Shown here: one piece after another, positions 12,726 to 25,893 of the stretch | How the letters are laid out: every line of letters starts with the position of its first letter | How positions within the stretch are numbered: the first letter of the stretch is position 1 | NCBI RefSeq assembly: GCF_964194025.1 | Contig: NC_134473.1 | Span: 2,170,001 to 2,234,000, forward strand | DNA: 64,000 nt | Source: Convolutriloba macropyga | Taxonomy: Eukaryota | Direction: 5' to 3' | Notes under the pieces: model-generated | Told to the model about the DNA's origin: nothing | Databases searched by the model: none | Seen by the model: only the letters and a program-made list of their open reading frames with translations | Program-made: the position numbers and the translations under genes

Positions 12726-14464
12726 AGCAGTAACGTCTTTTAAGATACAAATTTATCAATATGGAGCTTCAGTTGCGGCTCTAACTAATCTCAATTAGAC
12801 TTTATAATTTGAGAATAGAACTATAAGTAACAGCAGAGGTCTATAAAACGACATCATCACTCATAGATATTCAATTTCAAGACACAAATTCCGATCGAAT
12901 GTGAAGAGAGGTAACACAAGCTGAATGATCGGCAGAACATTCATGGATGAGGAATATCATGTCTGCCTGTGGAACTCATCAAATAATAGGAATTCGAATA
13001 TCGTCAAAAACATATTACTATAGGCTTTGCACTCGATATATATGAGATCGATAAATTTTCCAATTTCTACCTATAATTACTTTATGTAAGGAGAATAAAT
13101 CTACTGAATTTTACGAAAACAGCTATCAATAAAGTAATCACTACCATACACTGTTTGCTGAAAACATTTTGTGGCTTCATTGAGACCTCAATTGGAATTT
13201 ATCAAGTGTCATTGTAAGAAAAGGAGAAGTTGCTCAAAGGCTAATTCGAGTAACCGTAACTAAGCACAAATAAAAGCTTTGCATCTTCTTTTCAACAAAT
13301 TACCGCAAAACAACGATGAAAAAGTAAAACAGAAAAAAAAACAGTTTACTAAAAACTGAAAACAACTATATTGATATTGTTTTATGATATAGAGTTTTTT
13401 AATTCTTTCAAACGACGTGTAAAATATCAACAGCATTGTTATCAGTTCGCTGTTAAATAAACGAAAACTTTGAGATCAGGTAAATTGGCAAAAATTAGCA
13501 TACTTTGACAAATAATATTGATAAATGACAATAAAACTCATTTTGAAATCTCAATTGACGAAAACAATATAAAACTCGATTACTCCTTAAAGAACGGGTT
13601 TCTTGGGAAAGTTGTTCTTATTCTTTATGCTACGCTCTAAGGGCTTTCGTTCAATATCAATAACATTTTTGTGCAATAATTAAATCGATTTGCCAAAATT
13701 GGATGTCGAAAAAATCTCAGTTGAGCGTATAGTTCTTCCCACGCCGTGGTTCGGAACAACAAGAAACACATTAAAGGATTGTTGTGTGAAATAATTTAGC
13801 TATTTACTAGGTTCAATATTTGATAAATTTTAGAAATATTTAATCATCAAATTGACAATTTGCAAATTAATTCTACCGTATATTGAGCACCTTTTGGTAT
13901 ATGAATTAATTCTAAAAAAATTTGGCAATTTTAGAAGCAATATTTGTTAAATGGGCACATTTGGTTGATTTAAATTTTTCCACCACCAAACAGACCTCGA
14001 AAGATCCTTAATTTGTTGCAGGAATACTTTTGTGACCAAAAGTGCGTTTAATAATGACTATCATCGTATAGTAATGATAAAATTTCTGCAACACTTATCT
14101 ATTTTTACACTTTTGTAAAGAATTCATCTTTAGCTTAAGATTGAGCATTTCAGGGAAGCATTTCAGAGAAGCGATGGTTGCTTGAATCTGCTTGAGGTCA
14201 TTAAGAACTTTTGGTGTTTTTCGAGAACCGCGAAACAGTCCGTGATATTGGGTCAAAATTTCTAAGCGACTTCTGCAGGGTCACGTAATCATGAAGAACA
14301 CACGAAACGCGCATTTTTGTAAAATAAGAAGGTCAACGGAAGTCAACTTCTTTCTAAGTGGGAATTTCTGGCATTTCTGGGATTTTTGACACTGCAGGTT
14401 TTTGGGATTTTAAATTGTGCACTCAGTTTTTTTTAAAATCAGGTGCGAGTTTTTAACTACGTTC

Positions 14465-15600
14465 ATTAACACGGATATTTGGCAGGTAAGGTGCATTTTT
14501 TAATGATTTTTGCTGTCGACTGAGCTTTGCTCTGAGTTTTCAAAAAATTGTTATAATCCTATTTCTTAAGTTATTCAATCCTAAGAGTAGCAAGCTATTA
14601 AAAACGGATTTCTTTTCTATAGCTTTGTTATAATCCCGCTTTTAAATTAATCTTAACAAACAAAAAAGCTACGAATTTAATTTCCCTGACCTTCTTTAAC
14701 CTTTCCCAGGTTGAGGTCCCAGACCAAAACTCCTTATGTATAGATTATCCAAAACAAAACACGTCTCGTTCCAGACCTTCTCAAACCTAAAGTACCTAAG
14801 TCCAGACATTCGTGCGTTTCAAAAAATTTGTCCGTTCTTCGAGCGTCTACCGAACTCGCCTATATCCAGACATTTATCCATTGAAAATAACTTTTACCAG
14901 ATTTTGGTGCTTTGTAAATCAAATTTCGTGCACTCCAAATTTGAAAAGTTATGAGTTCATATCAGGTCTTTTGTGCGTTCAAAAGTTTTCGTGCCTTCGT
15001 CGTGCGTTTAATAGTGTTCACGTCCAAAGTTGTACGCTTTTATGACCAGACTTATCTACATTCTTGTGCATAAAGTGTCCCCGAAATTTTTATAATGCAA
15101 TTAGTTCAAGTATAGATAACTTGAATTTAGTGTTGGCTGTGATGAATTGACATAGTAGCTGACAACCATTTAATAAAAGTTGCTCGCTGTGCATTTTAGT
15201 TGAAAGGGCTGCGAGCCATCTATTTTTAAAAAGTTGATGTTTTTGCAACTTCAGCAATGATCTGCAATTCTTGGCTTGAACTTATCCGAAACAAAGTGAA
15301 TTGTGGATAAAATTTTCCTGCGTTTCGCAATTGTAGATCTCAACTGAGTTAAAGCTTTATGTTCGAAAGTTTTCACTTGATTTAGCACTCTTGTAACAGT
15401 TCTTGGTCAAACAGGAGCTCATAAATTTTCTGGCAACATTCTTTCATTAAAAAAAGATTTGCGCACTCAAAAATCACTATGTTCCAACTTTGTGCGTTCC
15501 AAGTTGCCTATTTTCTGACTTTTGTACGTACGAAATGTGCTCTGTATAGACTATCGTGCTTTCAAAAACACCAACGTCCAGACTTTGGTGCGTCATTACT
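14465..15600 (+). repeat. Dispersed repeat copy B, followed by a region of short tccagac/gtgcgtt sub-repeats (probable non-autonomous DNA transposon relic)
   Basis: Homologous to 12400-12725; many gtccagac(a/t)tt and gtgcgttc motifs at 14770-15060 and 15480-15600. Confidence 0.55.
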
Positions 15601-16289
15601 ATGCAAATGTAAGAATAAGCTAAAACAAGGCAAAATCTGCCCACGCTATAGGTGGTTTCCTATGACACACTTAGTACATGCAAAATTACCGACTTTTACA
15701 TTGTCATGGGGCATTCTAAGAGACAGAAATTCAATTATCCCAAGCCTTGCTATAGGCTCCGTTTTGCTTCCCTCGAGGAGACCATGTGGTACTGTGGCGC
15801 GGGGTCCCTAAATTTGCCAAAGTCGGTTGTTCAGGATACTAAAAGACCGTTAATAGGATTGAAAATCACAAAATAAACAAATAAATGCGAGCATAAACAT
15901 CTTTATGCATTTAAAAGCACAGAGCATTTAAACACAAACACAAATAGTACAATATTCTTGCTGGAAATTATACTAAACAAACAAATAAACCAAGCATTTT
16001 CCAAAGAGTGATGTGGATCCTAATTCCAATAAGTTTGGGTTGATTTTCAGACCTCGGACGTCGGGCAGACTGTCTGCTTTAGGGAGTTTTATTATACAAA
16101 ATTTTGCCAGAACTGATCAAGGTCCTTTTTCATTCCGTTTTATGTATGGCGTATTCGTATAGAGAATTCATTTGAACGGACTTTTTGTTTCAATTGCCTG
16201 AGCTGTTCATATACCACTCTATTATGTCTATCGTGCATACTCTGTTAAAAATGTCTACTACTCAGCTTTCTAATCGTTGATGATAAATA

Positions 16290-18640
16290 GAAAGAAGCTA
16301 GTTGATTGCATGACATTTCCGATATTCAAGTATGCTGAGGTTTCTTTGCTTTTTAACATCTTTTTCGTGTGATATTTTTCATTTTTTTGAATTGAATTGT
16401 CACTAGCCGTAACACTCAAAACAATAAAAGTGTCACCTCACTCCAAGAAGTTGCTTAGCAAAGATTGCTTGGGGTAGCACTTTTCTTATTTTGAAAAGTT
16501 CCACGCTCAAGAAGGGTGACAGTTCGATAATCACTCTTGTTCTACAAAATATGTTAGAGTTTGTGCAACAGATTCAATAAATAAAAACAATTGAAAATCT
16601 TAATGAACTTAAAGACAGTCAACAAACAAGGACAAAATAGTTTTGCTTTCATTAAACAATATTCATAACAAGCTTGCTATCTACTATACAAGAGAAGTCA
16701 CCATCATCAACAGTTAGATATGGGACTAAAAATGAAAAAAAAAATGTTTCATCGCCGGTAAGAACTGAAACAGAAAATTATCAACCAATTTGATCTTGCA
16801 AAAATAAACATTGTTTTGATGAAAACTTTCAATGAATAATCAGTGAGTTGGACAATCTCTATTATCACATGTCTTCCCTAACTACATAATTTTTTGTTAC
16901 TCAAATTATGCTCAAAACACCAACTTTGTCTAACGTATTCCCCGCAAAATGGCATTTTTGTTCTAATATGGTTTCCAAAACACCCTAATGTTCAATGCGA
17001 AACCGTAGTTGGAGGTGATTAGCAGAGCGCTCTGAATCGAAACCAGTTCCCCGATTTGAGCAACGTCGAGATACTAGCTCAATTCTATTAGAGGTTGTTA
17101 GAAATTGTATGAACAAAGGCGCACCCAATTTTAATTTGCGCTCGGGAAAATGCATGACATATTCAACACTTGCCATCGGGGAAACCATGTTTTGGTTTAA
17201 ACAGTGAGAGTATGCATACGAAAGGGGTTCAATTTTCAGAGCATTTTGATTCAAAATTAGTTTCCCCGTTTTGAAAAGTGTAGAGATACTAGCTCAATTT
17301 TATAAGGGATAGTTATAAACTGTAGAACAAAAAGCGCAACAAATTTTACTTAGCGCTCGGGCAATTGCGTGACATATTCAAAATTTGCCATTGGGGACAC
17401 CGTATTTTGGTCTAATGGCGTGAATCTGCATACTAAGTGTTCTATTTTCTCTCCCGAGCGCGTTATCTTGAACGCACAACGACCACCTGGTGCGTTCATT
17501 TGGTTTGGACGTATCAGTTCTTGGTCAGGCACCTCAATTTTTGCTTCTTTATACAAAAAATTTCAGTGTTTGAGTAATACTACTAAGAACAAAACAACTT
17601 AAGTAAATCGTCAATTGAGTGAAGTGTTCAGATACTACTCGATTATGTCCATTAGGCTTAATCTAAGGCTAAAATTCATTACTCTAATCGTTGATAAAAA
17701 AACGAAAGCAGCTGGATAATTGCAAAACGCTTCTGATTTTAAGTTTGCTGATGCCTCATTGCCTTTTAACCTCTTTTTATGTGCTAGTTTTCCAATTTTT
17801 AAACCGAATTGTCACGAGCCGTAATACTCAAAACAAAAAAGTAGCACCTCCAAGAAGATGCCTATTAACTTGAAAAAGTTCCGCGCTCAAGAAGGGTGAC
17901 TGTTCGATAACTTCTCTGATTCTCCAGAAATATTAGTGTCTATAAACCAAATCCAATTGAAGGATTGAAAAACTTAATACAATTAAAGACAGGCAACAAT
18001 TAATGACAATTTTTTTTTGTTTTCATTAAGCAAACTTTATAACAAGCTTGCTATCCATCATAAAAGAAAATTCACAATCAGCAACAGTTAGATATGGGTC
18101 TACAAGAGAAAATTTTTTTTTTGGGTTAGAAATGAAACAGAATATTATCAACAAATTTGAACTTGCAATAGTAAACATCGATTCGATTAAAAGGAATGAT
18201 GAGCCATCAGTGAGTTGGGCAACAGTTTTAGTCATGTGTTTTCCCTAACTACAAGTTTTTTGTTACTTTCAAATTTTGCTCAAAACACCAAGTTTGTCTA
18301 ACGTATTCCCCTGAAAATTTTCATTCCGAAACCGTAGTTAGAGGGGAATAGCAGATCGTTTTGATTAAAAAACAGTTTCACCGTTTTGAAAATTGTCGAG
18401 TTACCAGCTCAATTTTATTAGGGGTAGTTAGAAACTGTAGAACAAAAAGCACGCCAAATTTTACTTAGCACTTGGGAAATTGCGTGACAAATTCAAAACT
18501 TACCATCGGGGAAACCGTTTTTTGGTCTAATGGCGTGAGTCTGCATACTAAGTGGTCTATTTTCTTTTCAGAGCGTTTCATTTTGAACGCAGAACGACCA
18601 GCTGTTGCGTTCATTTTGGTCTGGACATATCATATTTGGT
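16290..18640. repeat. Diverged ~1.4-kb tandem duplication with a triplicated ~210-bp module; possibly a decayed gene
   Basis: 16390-17230 matches 17805-18540 (cgctcaagaagggtgac, ataacaagcttgctatc, aacagttagatatggg, ttgtctaacgtattcccc). Module a(c/t)(t/c)agctcaatt...ccat(c/t)gggga at ~17070, ~17285, ~18400. Confidence 0.85.
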
Positions 18641-19060
18641 CTACATAATTTCAAACTTTGCAAACTTTTGAAACGCAGTTTAAATTTAAAAATGCCTCCA
18701 TATAGGTATTGATATAAATTAGTAAATTCATGACCAAATTTCAGCAGTTCTCCAAAAAAACAAATTATGCTAAGTTTTGCAGTTTTCTTGCTGTAAAATT
18801 TTAGTTTATCTGCTCCGTTTCCCGTCGTGTGGTGAGCTAGACAAATTTTATGAATGCTTTTGCCGTGCAGTTGTTCTATGACTCTGCTGAGTAGAGTTTG
18901 CGGTGCAAAAGACGCTTTCGGTTTTAGGACGAAATTATATTAATGTTTTGCAAGGGGAATATTGCGAGGCAATTGACTTCTCAATTGTACTTGAGAAAAA
19001 GCGTTGATAATAAGTTCGATTATCAACTGCTCTCCAATGAGCAAATTAGAACCAAGATTA

Positions 19061-20865
19061 TGTTGGACACAGTGAATTTTCATAAGTAGATGCTGAGAGT
19101 AAATTAGACAATTTAGGTCAATTTAGACAAGTTCATTATTAAACTTTCTTTCGTAGAGGGTTATTGTTTCGAAGGCGCCAGAGAGTTGAATTGAGTGATT
19201 TATCTTAAACTAACAAATTAAAGAACAAAAGCATATTGAGCTGTCGATATATTTCGTTTATTTAGCAGAGTTGTATTTGCGTCAAGCCAAAGTCGAAATG
19301 AGTATTTTAAATTTAGAAAAAAACTAAATAGCGAACATTTGAAGTGAACTAGCCACTTTGAACAGAATTGGAATTTCATTTTGAGGGAAAAGAAATGCGA
19401 TTTAGAAATTGAAGAAAAATGGGTACACACAAACCTATCATTTAGTGACAAAAAATACCCACCCCGGTCTTCTTTTCCGAATTCGGATTTTTCGGGTTTT
19501 GGTCGACACGACTCGTGAAAAACATTCATATTGAGAACGACTCGCAACGGCTAATACGTTGGTCAAAAATCTTGGCAGGCAAGATGGTGGCACCCCACTC
19601 GAAATTTTTACTCGAAAACGTTTTGACAACTACTTCTCGAAATATTGCGTTCTGAAATTTGGTTTCATCCGGGAGGTCGAAGAAAAGTGTGAGCAGTCAT
19701 TGCTCGCGTTCTATTGTGAGTTAGGGGATGAAATTTTGTAGGTAGATGCACCTAGCCATGATAATAACTAGTTTTGTTAACTTGACCCATCACTTTGGAC
19801 GGCTGACCTTTGGATGACTTCTAGAAGTCAAATTAAGGGCCTTTAGGAATATTAGATGTTTCGGCAGTTTTTAACCTGGGAATTGCGTTAAATGTTGAGA
19901 AGACTCAGAATAACAATTGGTCTTAGCTTTGGGGCCTAATTTAGTTATCTAATCAACAAATGATGGCAGGGATTGATTGCAGCTAGTCAATTTGATAGCA
20001 GAAATAGAGGGAAAAGAACTGTTCAGAGCATCGTCAATTGTTTACTAAGCAAACACTGAGTGGCATGTTGAGTGCTTATACTAGATAAAGCGAAGTGTGT
20101 TCGTTTAAATAAGAGTGCAAGGGTTGTTTACTTAGGAATAGAAGAATATTTATTAATCGTTGGTAGCAGTTGAAGGACAGAGCATAAATTGATATTGATT
20201 TGTTTGCATAGCAACAAAAGCCCCCCCTAGAGAATGTTACAGATTTCAAGTGTAAGTTACAAGGTTTACTTAAGAGATGAAGGTTCGTTTGCTTATTGGG
20301 CGTATTGGTTGAGTATAAATTGAAGTGACACGAAGAGAGATGAGGGAGGGTTGGAGAGCTTTGTATAGACACAGCAGAAGCTGAACAGAGGAGAGATTTT
20401 CGCACAAGCGAGAGAAAGTAGTTGCGTTATTGGGACTAAACTTTAGATGCTATTGTGAAAACCAGAGAGGAGACTGAGTACTGAAAGTTTGTAATTGCAA
20501 AACCAGTTGGGATACTTATAGCGTTTTTGATTTAGTTCATTTGGCAGGTGAACCACGAATATTGTTATTACTATTTTAATTACTAATATAAATTGTCTGA
20601 GTTTTGTACTTTTCATTGATGTGCAAGTAAGATTCATACTTTTGTTATCCATATTACTAGAATTGATATTACGACCCCCATTGTAGATTAACTTATTTCA
20701 AGGCAATCTAATTTTAAACACCATACAAGAGTGGAAGAGGGTAAACTGCAGAGTAACAAAGTAATGCTTGCTTCAACAATTCAAAAACCTTTGGTTTAAT
20801 TTAATTGATCAATCTTCTGGGCAACAGAGTCCCCTCACTGCCTAGCAGAACTTCAGAAAACGACA
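19061..20865 (+). repeat. 5' LTR (1805 bp)
   Basis: tgttggac...acgaca; colinear with 23152-23530 plus 24430-25710. Confidence 0.9.
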
Positions 20866-20866
20866 G

Positions 20867-20885
20867 TGGCGCTGCTGGGTGGGCT
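20867..20885 (+). promoter_or_regulatory. Primer-binding site, tRNA-Asn type
   Basis: TGGCGCTGCTGGGTGGGCT lies 1 nt after the LTR; it is complementary to the animal tRNA-Asn 3' end pattern (...AGCCCACCCNGNNNCG-CCA). Confidence 0.75.
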
Positions 20886-21109
20886 GTGTTTCTTTGCAAC
20901 TTGTTGCTGTGAATTAATTCCCAAATAGTTGGAGAGCGTGCGATATTTTTTCGTCGAAAATACTGCTGAGAGCGCACCAGAAGTTGACTTAAATTTGCGA
21001 TTTGGGTTACCATTAGTTTGATTTTCTTTCGTTGTCAATTGATGAAGCTTTTTGTTTCACCAGGCTACGAAGTTTGGAAATTTTGGCGTGAATATTATTT
21101 GAGCACTGG

Positions 21110-22920
21110 CATGAAGCTGCGATGAACGCAAGAAGAGATGACGAAGTCGGTGCCTACAAAATTGTGTGGGTGGGCCTTGATTGCAGTAAGTGATTTACCA
21201 AGAGGTTATTGGCGGTTGATTCCAGAGAAGCCAGCATGGACACTGTCAGAAACGCTGTATCAGTTCGACATACGATTGTCGGACAATCCAATTTTTTAAC
21301 GAGAAAATCTACAATTTGTTTGTTAGAGGGAAAGCGAGAAGTAGGGCCGAGTTGATTGAAAGCAGTGATACTGTGGATCAGAGAACGCGACATCAGTCTT
21401 CTCGAGGGCGAGTGGTTGATACAAGTAGAAGCGTTGACACTTCTCTAATGGTTGAATTTCGGGAACCCGGCAAAAGTTCTGAAGGGCTTGGCATTGGGTC
21501 CTGCTGGGGTGTGTCAAGAAGTGGAGCTTTCAGTAAGGATCTGTTTTGAGAAGTGGAAGATACGAGAATTGCTGAGAATTATAGTTCAATTAGAACTCGA
21601 GGTTATCTCGATGAAGTGCAAACTAGAACTGAGGTCGAGTTTACAGAGTAAATTTTTGATCAAATAAATGAGGAAATTAATAGAGCAGCGCTAAGCGAAT
21701 ATGATAAAAGTGGCTTCAGAAAAATTCTGACGGAAGGAAAAATCATTGAGAGCAGTGTTGAGTCTTGTGGACCAGATGAGAAACATGCTGTGGAAAAAGC
21801 TTATGTACTGTCGCCAGAGTCTGAGGAGCTAAGCAATGAACTGTCGAATGACGGCTATTGATTTGAACATGTTTTGGATACAGATTTTTTGGATGTAGAG
21901 GAACTTGATGTCAACTATGCGGGAAGCGAGAGAGGTTTTGCCGCAATTTTGAATTCAGTAGCATGCAACAATGTAACAGCAAAATCGAGTAATTTTGACG
22001 GTGGTGCCAAAATTAGCAGAAACGACATGTTGGGAGCCTGGGGCTTGATGGAGATAAAGCCAGGAGGTCTTGACCAGAAGTTCTGCAATGCAACACACGT
22101 GGTTGATGAGACACAAATGTCTACAACTGAGTGCGCTGTGGACAAAAGAATTGGACAACTTCAGGAGGAATTGGTTGGCAGTTATGTGAGACACAGGAGG
22201 GTCAAAACGATAAGGCCGCAGGTGACCGAAAAAGTTTTGCGCAGTTGGGAAAGGAGCTGGAGGAAAGGGTGCAATCTCAATTGAAGGAAAGTCAGCTTAA
22301 TGACAGTGTTCCGGTCAAACCAACGGATGACCATCAAAAAGAAAGTGACAGAACAGGGAAATTCGATCAGAAGTCAATAATTAGATTGTTGCACAATTGG
22401 GTTCATGATGATCAACAGCCTAGGAGGGTGGACTCTAGCAGGTTTTCGATGGAAGTTGAGCAGAAAGTTGAGAGATGGATTGCATCGCGATTTCTGGAGA
22501 TTGCAAATCTGTTGCTGAGGAACCGGTCTTCAAGCCAGCAAGAGAGGTGGATCTGCATGGAAGCATCAAGACAGCAGTCATGGCAGGATTACAGGAGAAA
22601 TTGCAGCTACATTGGAAGAAGAGGCTGAAATCCATTCAAGCATCAGAGGAAGAAGGTATTCATGCACAGATGCACGAGTGCATGATGAGAGGGACATTGA
22701 CAGCTAATTTATTTGAGACTTTTTGTAAAACTGCTGCCTAGGACATTTTGATTCAGCACTGTAGCCCTAGGATTCTTTTTTCAAAAAAAGATAAATCAGG
22801 GAAATCTGTAGTTTTGGTAGATCTATTTTTAGATTGTTTTTCTTTACTTCAGCGAATTTGGGGTTCATTGGGAGGATGTATGTCAGAGGCAACAAAGTTT
22901 GATCAAAAATCAATGTTGAT
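21110..22920 (+). pseudogene. Decayed internal ORF of the LTR element, unknown product
   Basis: Purine-rich, coding-like region. ORF fragments (21452, 21874, 22131, 22475) chain across stops and frameshifts; acidic middle part (DTDFLDVEELDVNY); no CCHC, D(T/S)G, YxDD or DDE motif seen. Confidence 0.5.
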
Positions 22921-23140
22921 GAATTAGGTAGAAAATTTTAATTTGCGAAAATGCGAAAATGTTTTCGAATCTGATTTTATCAACCGCCATTGAAAAATTT
23001 TTGTGCAGTTAGTTTATATTAAACAGGAGCTGAAACAAAGGGGTTCAATTCCATAGGTTGACTACTTTTAAAGTACGTAGGAGTTAATTAATAGGTTCAC
23101 AGAATAACGGCTTGCGATTTTTCGGGAGAATAATAATATA

Positions 23141-23151
23141 GGAGGGTGGAG
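23141..23151 (+). promoter_or_regulatory. Polypurine tract
   Basis: GGAGGGTGGAG directly precedes TGTAGGAC, the start of the 3' LTR. Confidence 0.8.
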
Positions 23152-25710
23152 TGTAGGACGCTGGGAATTTTCATAAGTAGATACTGCAAGTTAGTTAGAC
23201 AACTTTTGTCAATTTGGACACGTTAATTAGGTGTATGAAAAACTTTTTTTTTCGTAAAGGATTATTGTTTTGAAGGTGCCAGAGAGTGGAGTTGAGTGAT
23301 ATGTCTTGAACAAACAAATAAATGAATAAAAGCATATTGAGCTGTCATATTTCGTTTATTTAGCAAAGTTGTATTTGTGCATCAGGCCAAAGTCCAAATG
23401 AAAGATTTAAATTTAGAAAAAACAAGATAGCGAACATTTGAGGTGAACTAGATACTTTAAACAGAATTGGAGTTTCAATTTGAAGGAAATGAAATGCGAT
23501 TTAGAATTTCCAGAACAATGGGCACCCCCAAAACTGGTGCACCTTAACTCTTTATATTTTATTCATCATTGGACTCTGAAAACATTTGGGGATGTTCCCC
23601 TAATTATTGTTCATTAATAATAGGGATGCGCGGCCGGTTACCCCATTTTGATTTGATTTAGTTATGTAATTTTTTTTTTTAATTAGAGTAAAATAAAAAG
23701 GCAATTTATCAGTCTTTGAAATTCACCAAGCAGATTTTAACCACTCCAATGGAAGTTATACTCAGCATACGTTTGTTAAGTTTAAGGTCAGGTACACCCA
23801 AAGCCCCTCTCAGGCTGGTATACCCGTTGGCCCGTCCGACCACCCAACCCCGAGTTATTAACACCGGAATTGGTGTGATTTGAAGATTTTCGATATTTTG
23901 AATGGAAAAATGACTGAGTGTGATATAAGGCTAATTAAGAGTTGCAATGGGTATCAAGTCAAGAGTAATGCATGAGATGATCATTGAAAGTGTTAGGGAT
24001 AACTTTTTGGGTATTCTGCTGTAAATAGGCTGTTTTTGCCGGAAGATAGTGAGTGAGCACTTAAGTTGAAATAAAAATTTCTCAGAAATTTGAGGTAGGA
24101 TTGACCTGAAAATTGGGGAATAGACTTATTTGGGTGCAATTAATCCGAATGTGAGTTCAGAAGACCAATCCCCAGATCAATACCAACAAAAAAAGCGCAC
24201 GCGGGTGCTGCGGAACGTAAAACTTGAATTGCTCGTGGAGTATTGGTAGTAGCCTTATCATTTTTGGAGGGCTAGTGTAATTTTTCAAGGGCTTTCGATT
24301 GGTGATATTTTCAACCTCAGAATTCCTTCCGCACGCCCGTGCTGGGGGATGACTCGAGAGCCGAAAACCGAAAATTACGAATCTTTGGCCCCCAAATGAG
24401 TTTGATATGGTAAAAACATGATAACCTGAGACAGTTAGTGACAAAATTTAACTACCACCGTCACTTTTTCCGAATTTGGATTTTTCGAGTTTTGCTCGAC
24501 ACGAATCGTTAAAAAGTTTCAAATTGCAAACGACTGGCAACGGCTAATCCGTAGTTCAAAAAACTTGGCTGGCAAAATGTTGGCACCCTGTATTTACTCG
24601 AAATTTTTACTCGAAGACGTTTTGACCACTACTTTCCGAGATATTGCGTTCTGAAAGTTAGGTCATACATCCAGGAGGTCAACGAAAAGTTTGCGCAGTC
24701 ATTGCTCGCGTTCTATTGGGAGTTAGGGGATAAATATTTGTAGGTAGATGCGAACTATGAGAGAATTTTTGATGACGATAATTAATTTAATCAACTTGAA
24801 CCTAATTTTGGACGGGTGACCTTCAGATGACCTCTACATGTCAAACTGTGGGGTTTTAGAGACGTTAAATTTTTCGGCAATTTTTAACTTGGGAATTGCA
24901 TGAAATTGTGAAAAGACTCAGAATAACAATTGTTCTTAGCTTTGGGGCTTATTTTAGTTATTTATTCCACAATAGATTTTTGACAGGGATTGATTGAAGC
25001 TGGCAATTGAATGACAGAGCATAATTTGATATTGATTTTTTTGCATAGCAAACAAAGCCCTCCTAGAGAAAATTACAGACTTCAAGTGTAAGTAGCAATG
25101 TTTACTTAAGAGATGAAGGTTTGTTTGCTTAAGATAAGAGCGTATTGGTTGAGTATAAATTCAAGTGACACGAAGACAGATGACGGAGGGCTGGAGAGCT
25201 TTGTATAGACACAGCAGAAGCTGAACAGTGGAGAGATTTTCGCACAAGCGAGAGAAAGTAGTTGCGTTATTGGGGCTAAGTTTTAGAAACTAGTTTGAAA
25301 AGCAGAGAGGAGACTGAATTTGGAAGTTTGTAATTGCAATACCAGTTGGGATACTTTGAGCGTTTTTGGTTTAGTTCATTTGGTAAGTGAACCACGGATT
25401 TAATTATTATTATTATTTTAAATACAATTATAAACTCTTTTAATTTGTACCTTCCATTGATGTGCAAGTAATTTTCATACTTTTGTTATCCATAAAAATA
25501 GAATTGCTATTACGAGCCCCAATCTGGATTAACTTATGTCAAGGCAATCTAATTTGCTACAGCATACAAGCGTGGAAGAGGGGAAACTGCAGAGTAACAA
25601 AGTAATGCTTGCTTCACCAATTCAAAACCTTTGGTTTATTTTAATTGATCGATCTTCTGGGCGACAGAGACCTCTCACTGTTGTGCCTAGCAGAAATTCA
25701 GAGTACGACA
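23152..25710 (+). repeat. 3' LTR (2559 bp; has ~900 bp absent from the 5' LTR)
   Basis: tgtaggac...acgaca; extra segment at ~23530-24430. Confidence 0.9.
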
Positions 25711-25893
25711 GATTTTGTTTAAAAATTTAAAGGAATCGCAATTTGATAATAATTGAACAGACAACTATTTCACAATATCTTGTCTGATATTTGAATAAAA
25801 AAATATGGGAACAAACGCTAAAATTAAAATTGATCTAAATAGACAGCATTAATATCAGAATATGACATTGCAATTTTCATCACCGTATGGTAA

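Larger units (their letters stand above)
19061..25710 (+). mobile_element. Non-autonomous LTR retroelement (LARD-like) with two long LTRs
   Basis: TG...CA LTRs at 19061-20865 and 23152-25710; PBS after the 5' LTR; PPT before the 3' LTR; flanks GATTA (19056-19060) and GATTT (25711-25715) fit a 5-bp TSD with one mismatch; no RT/IN motifs seen inside. Confidence 0.88.
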
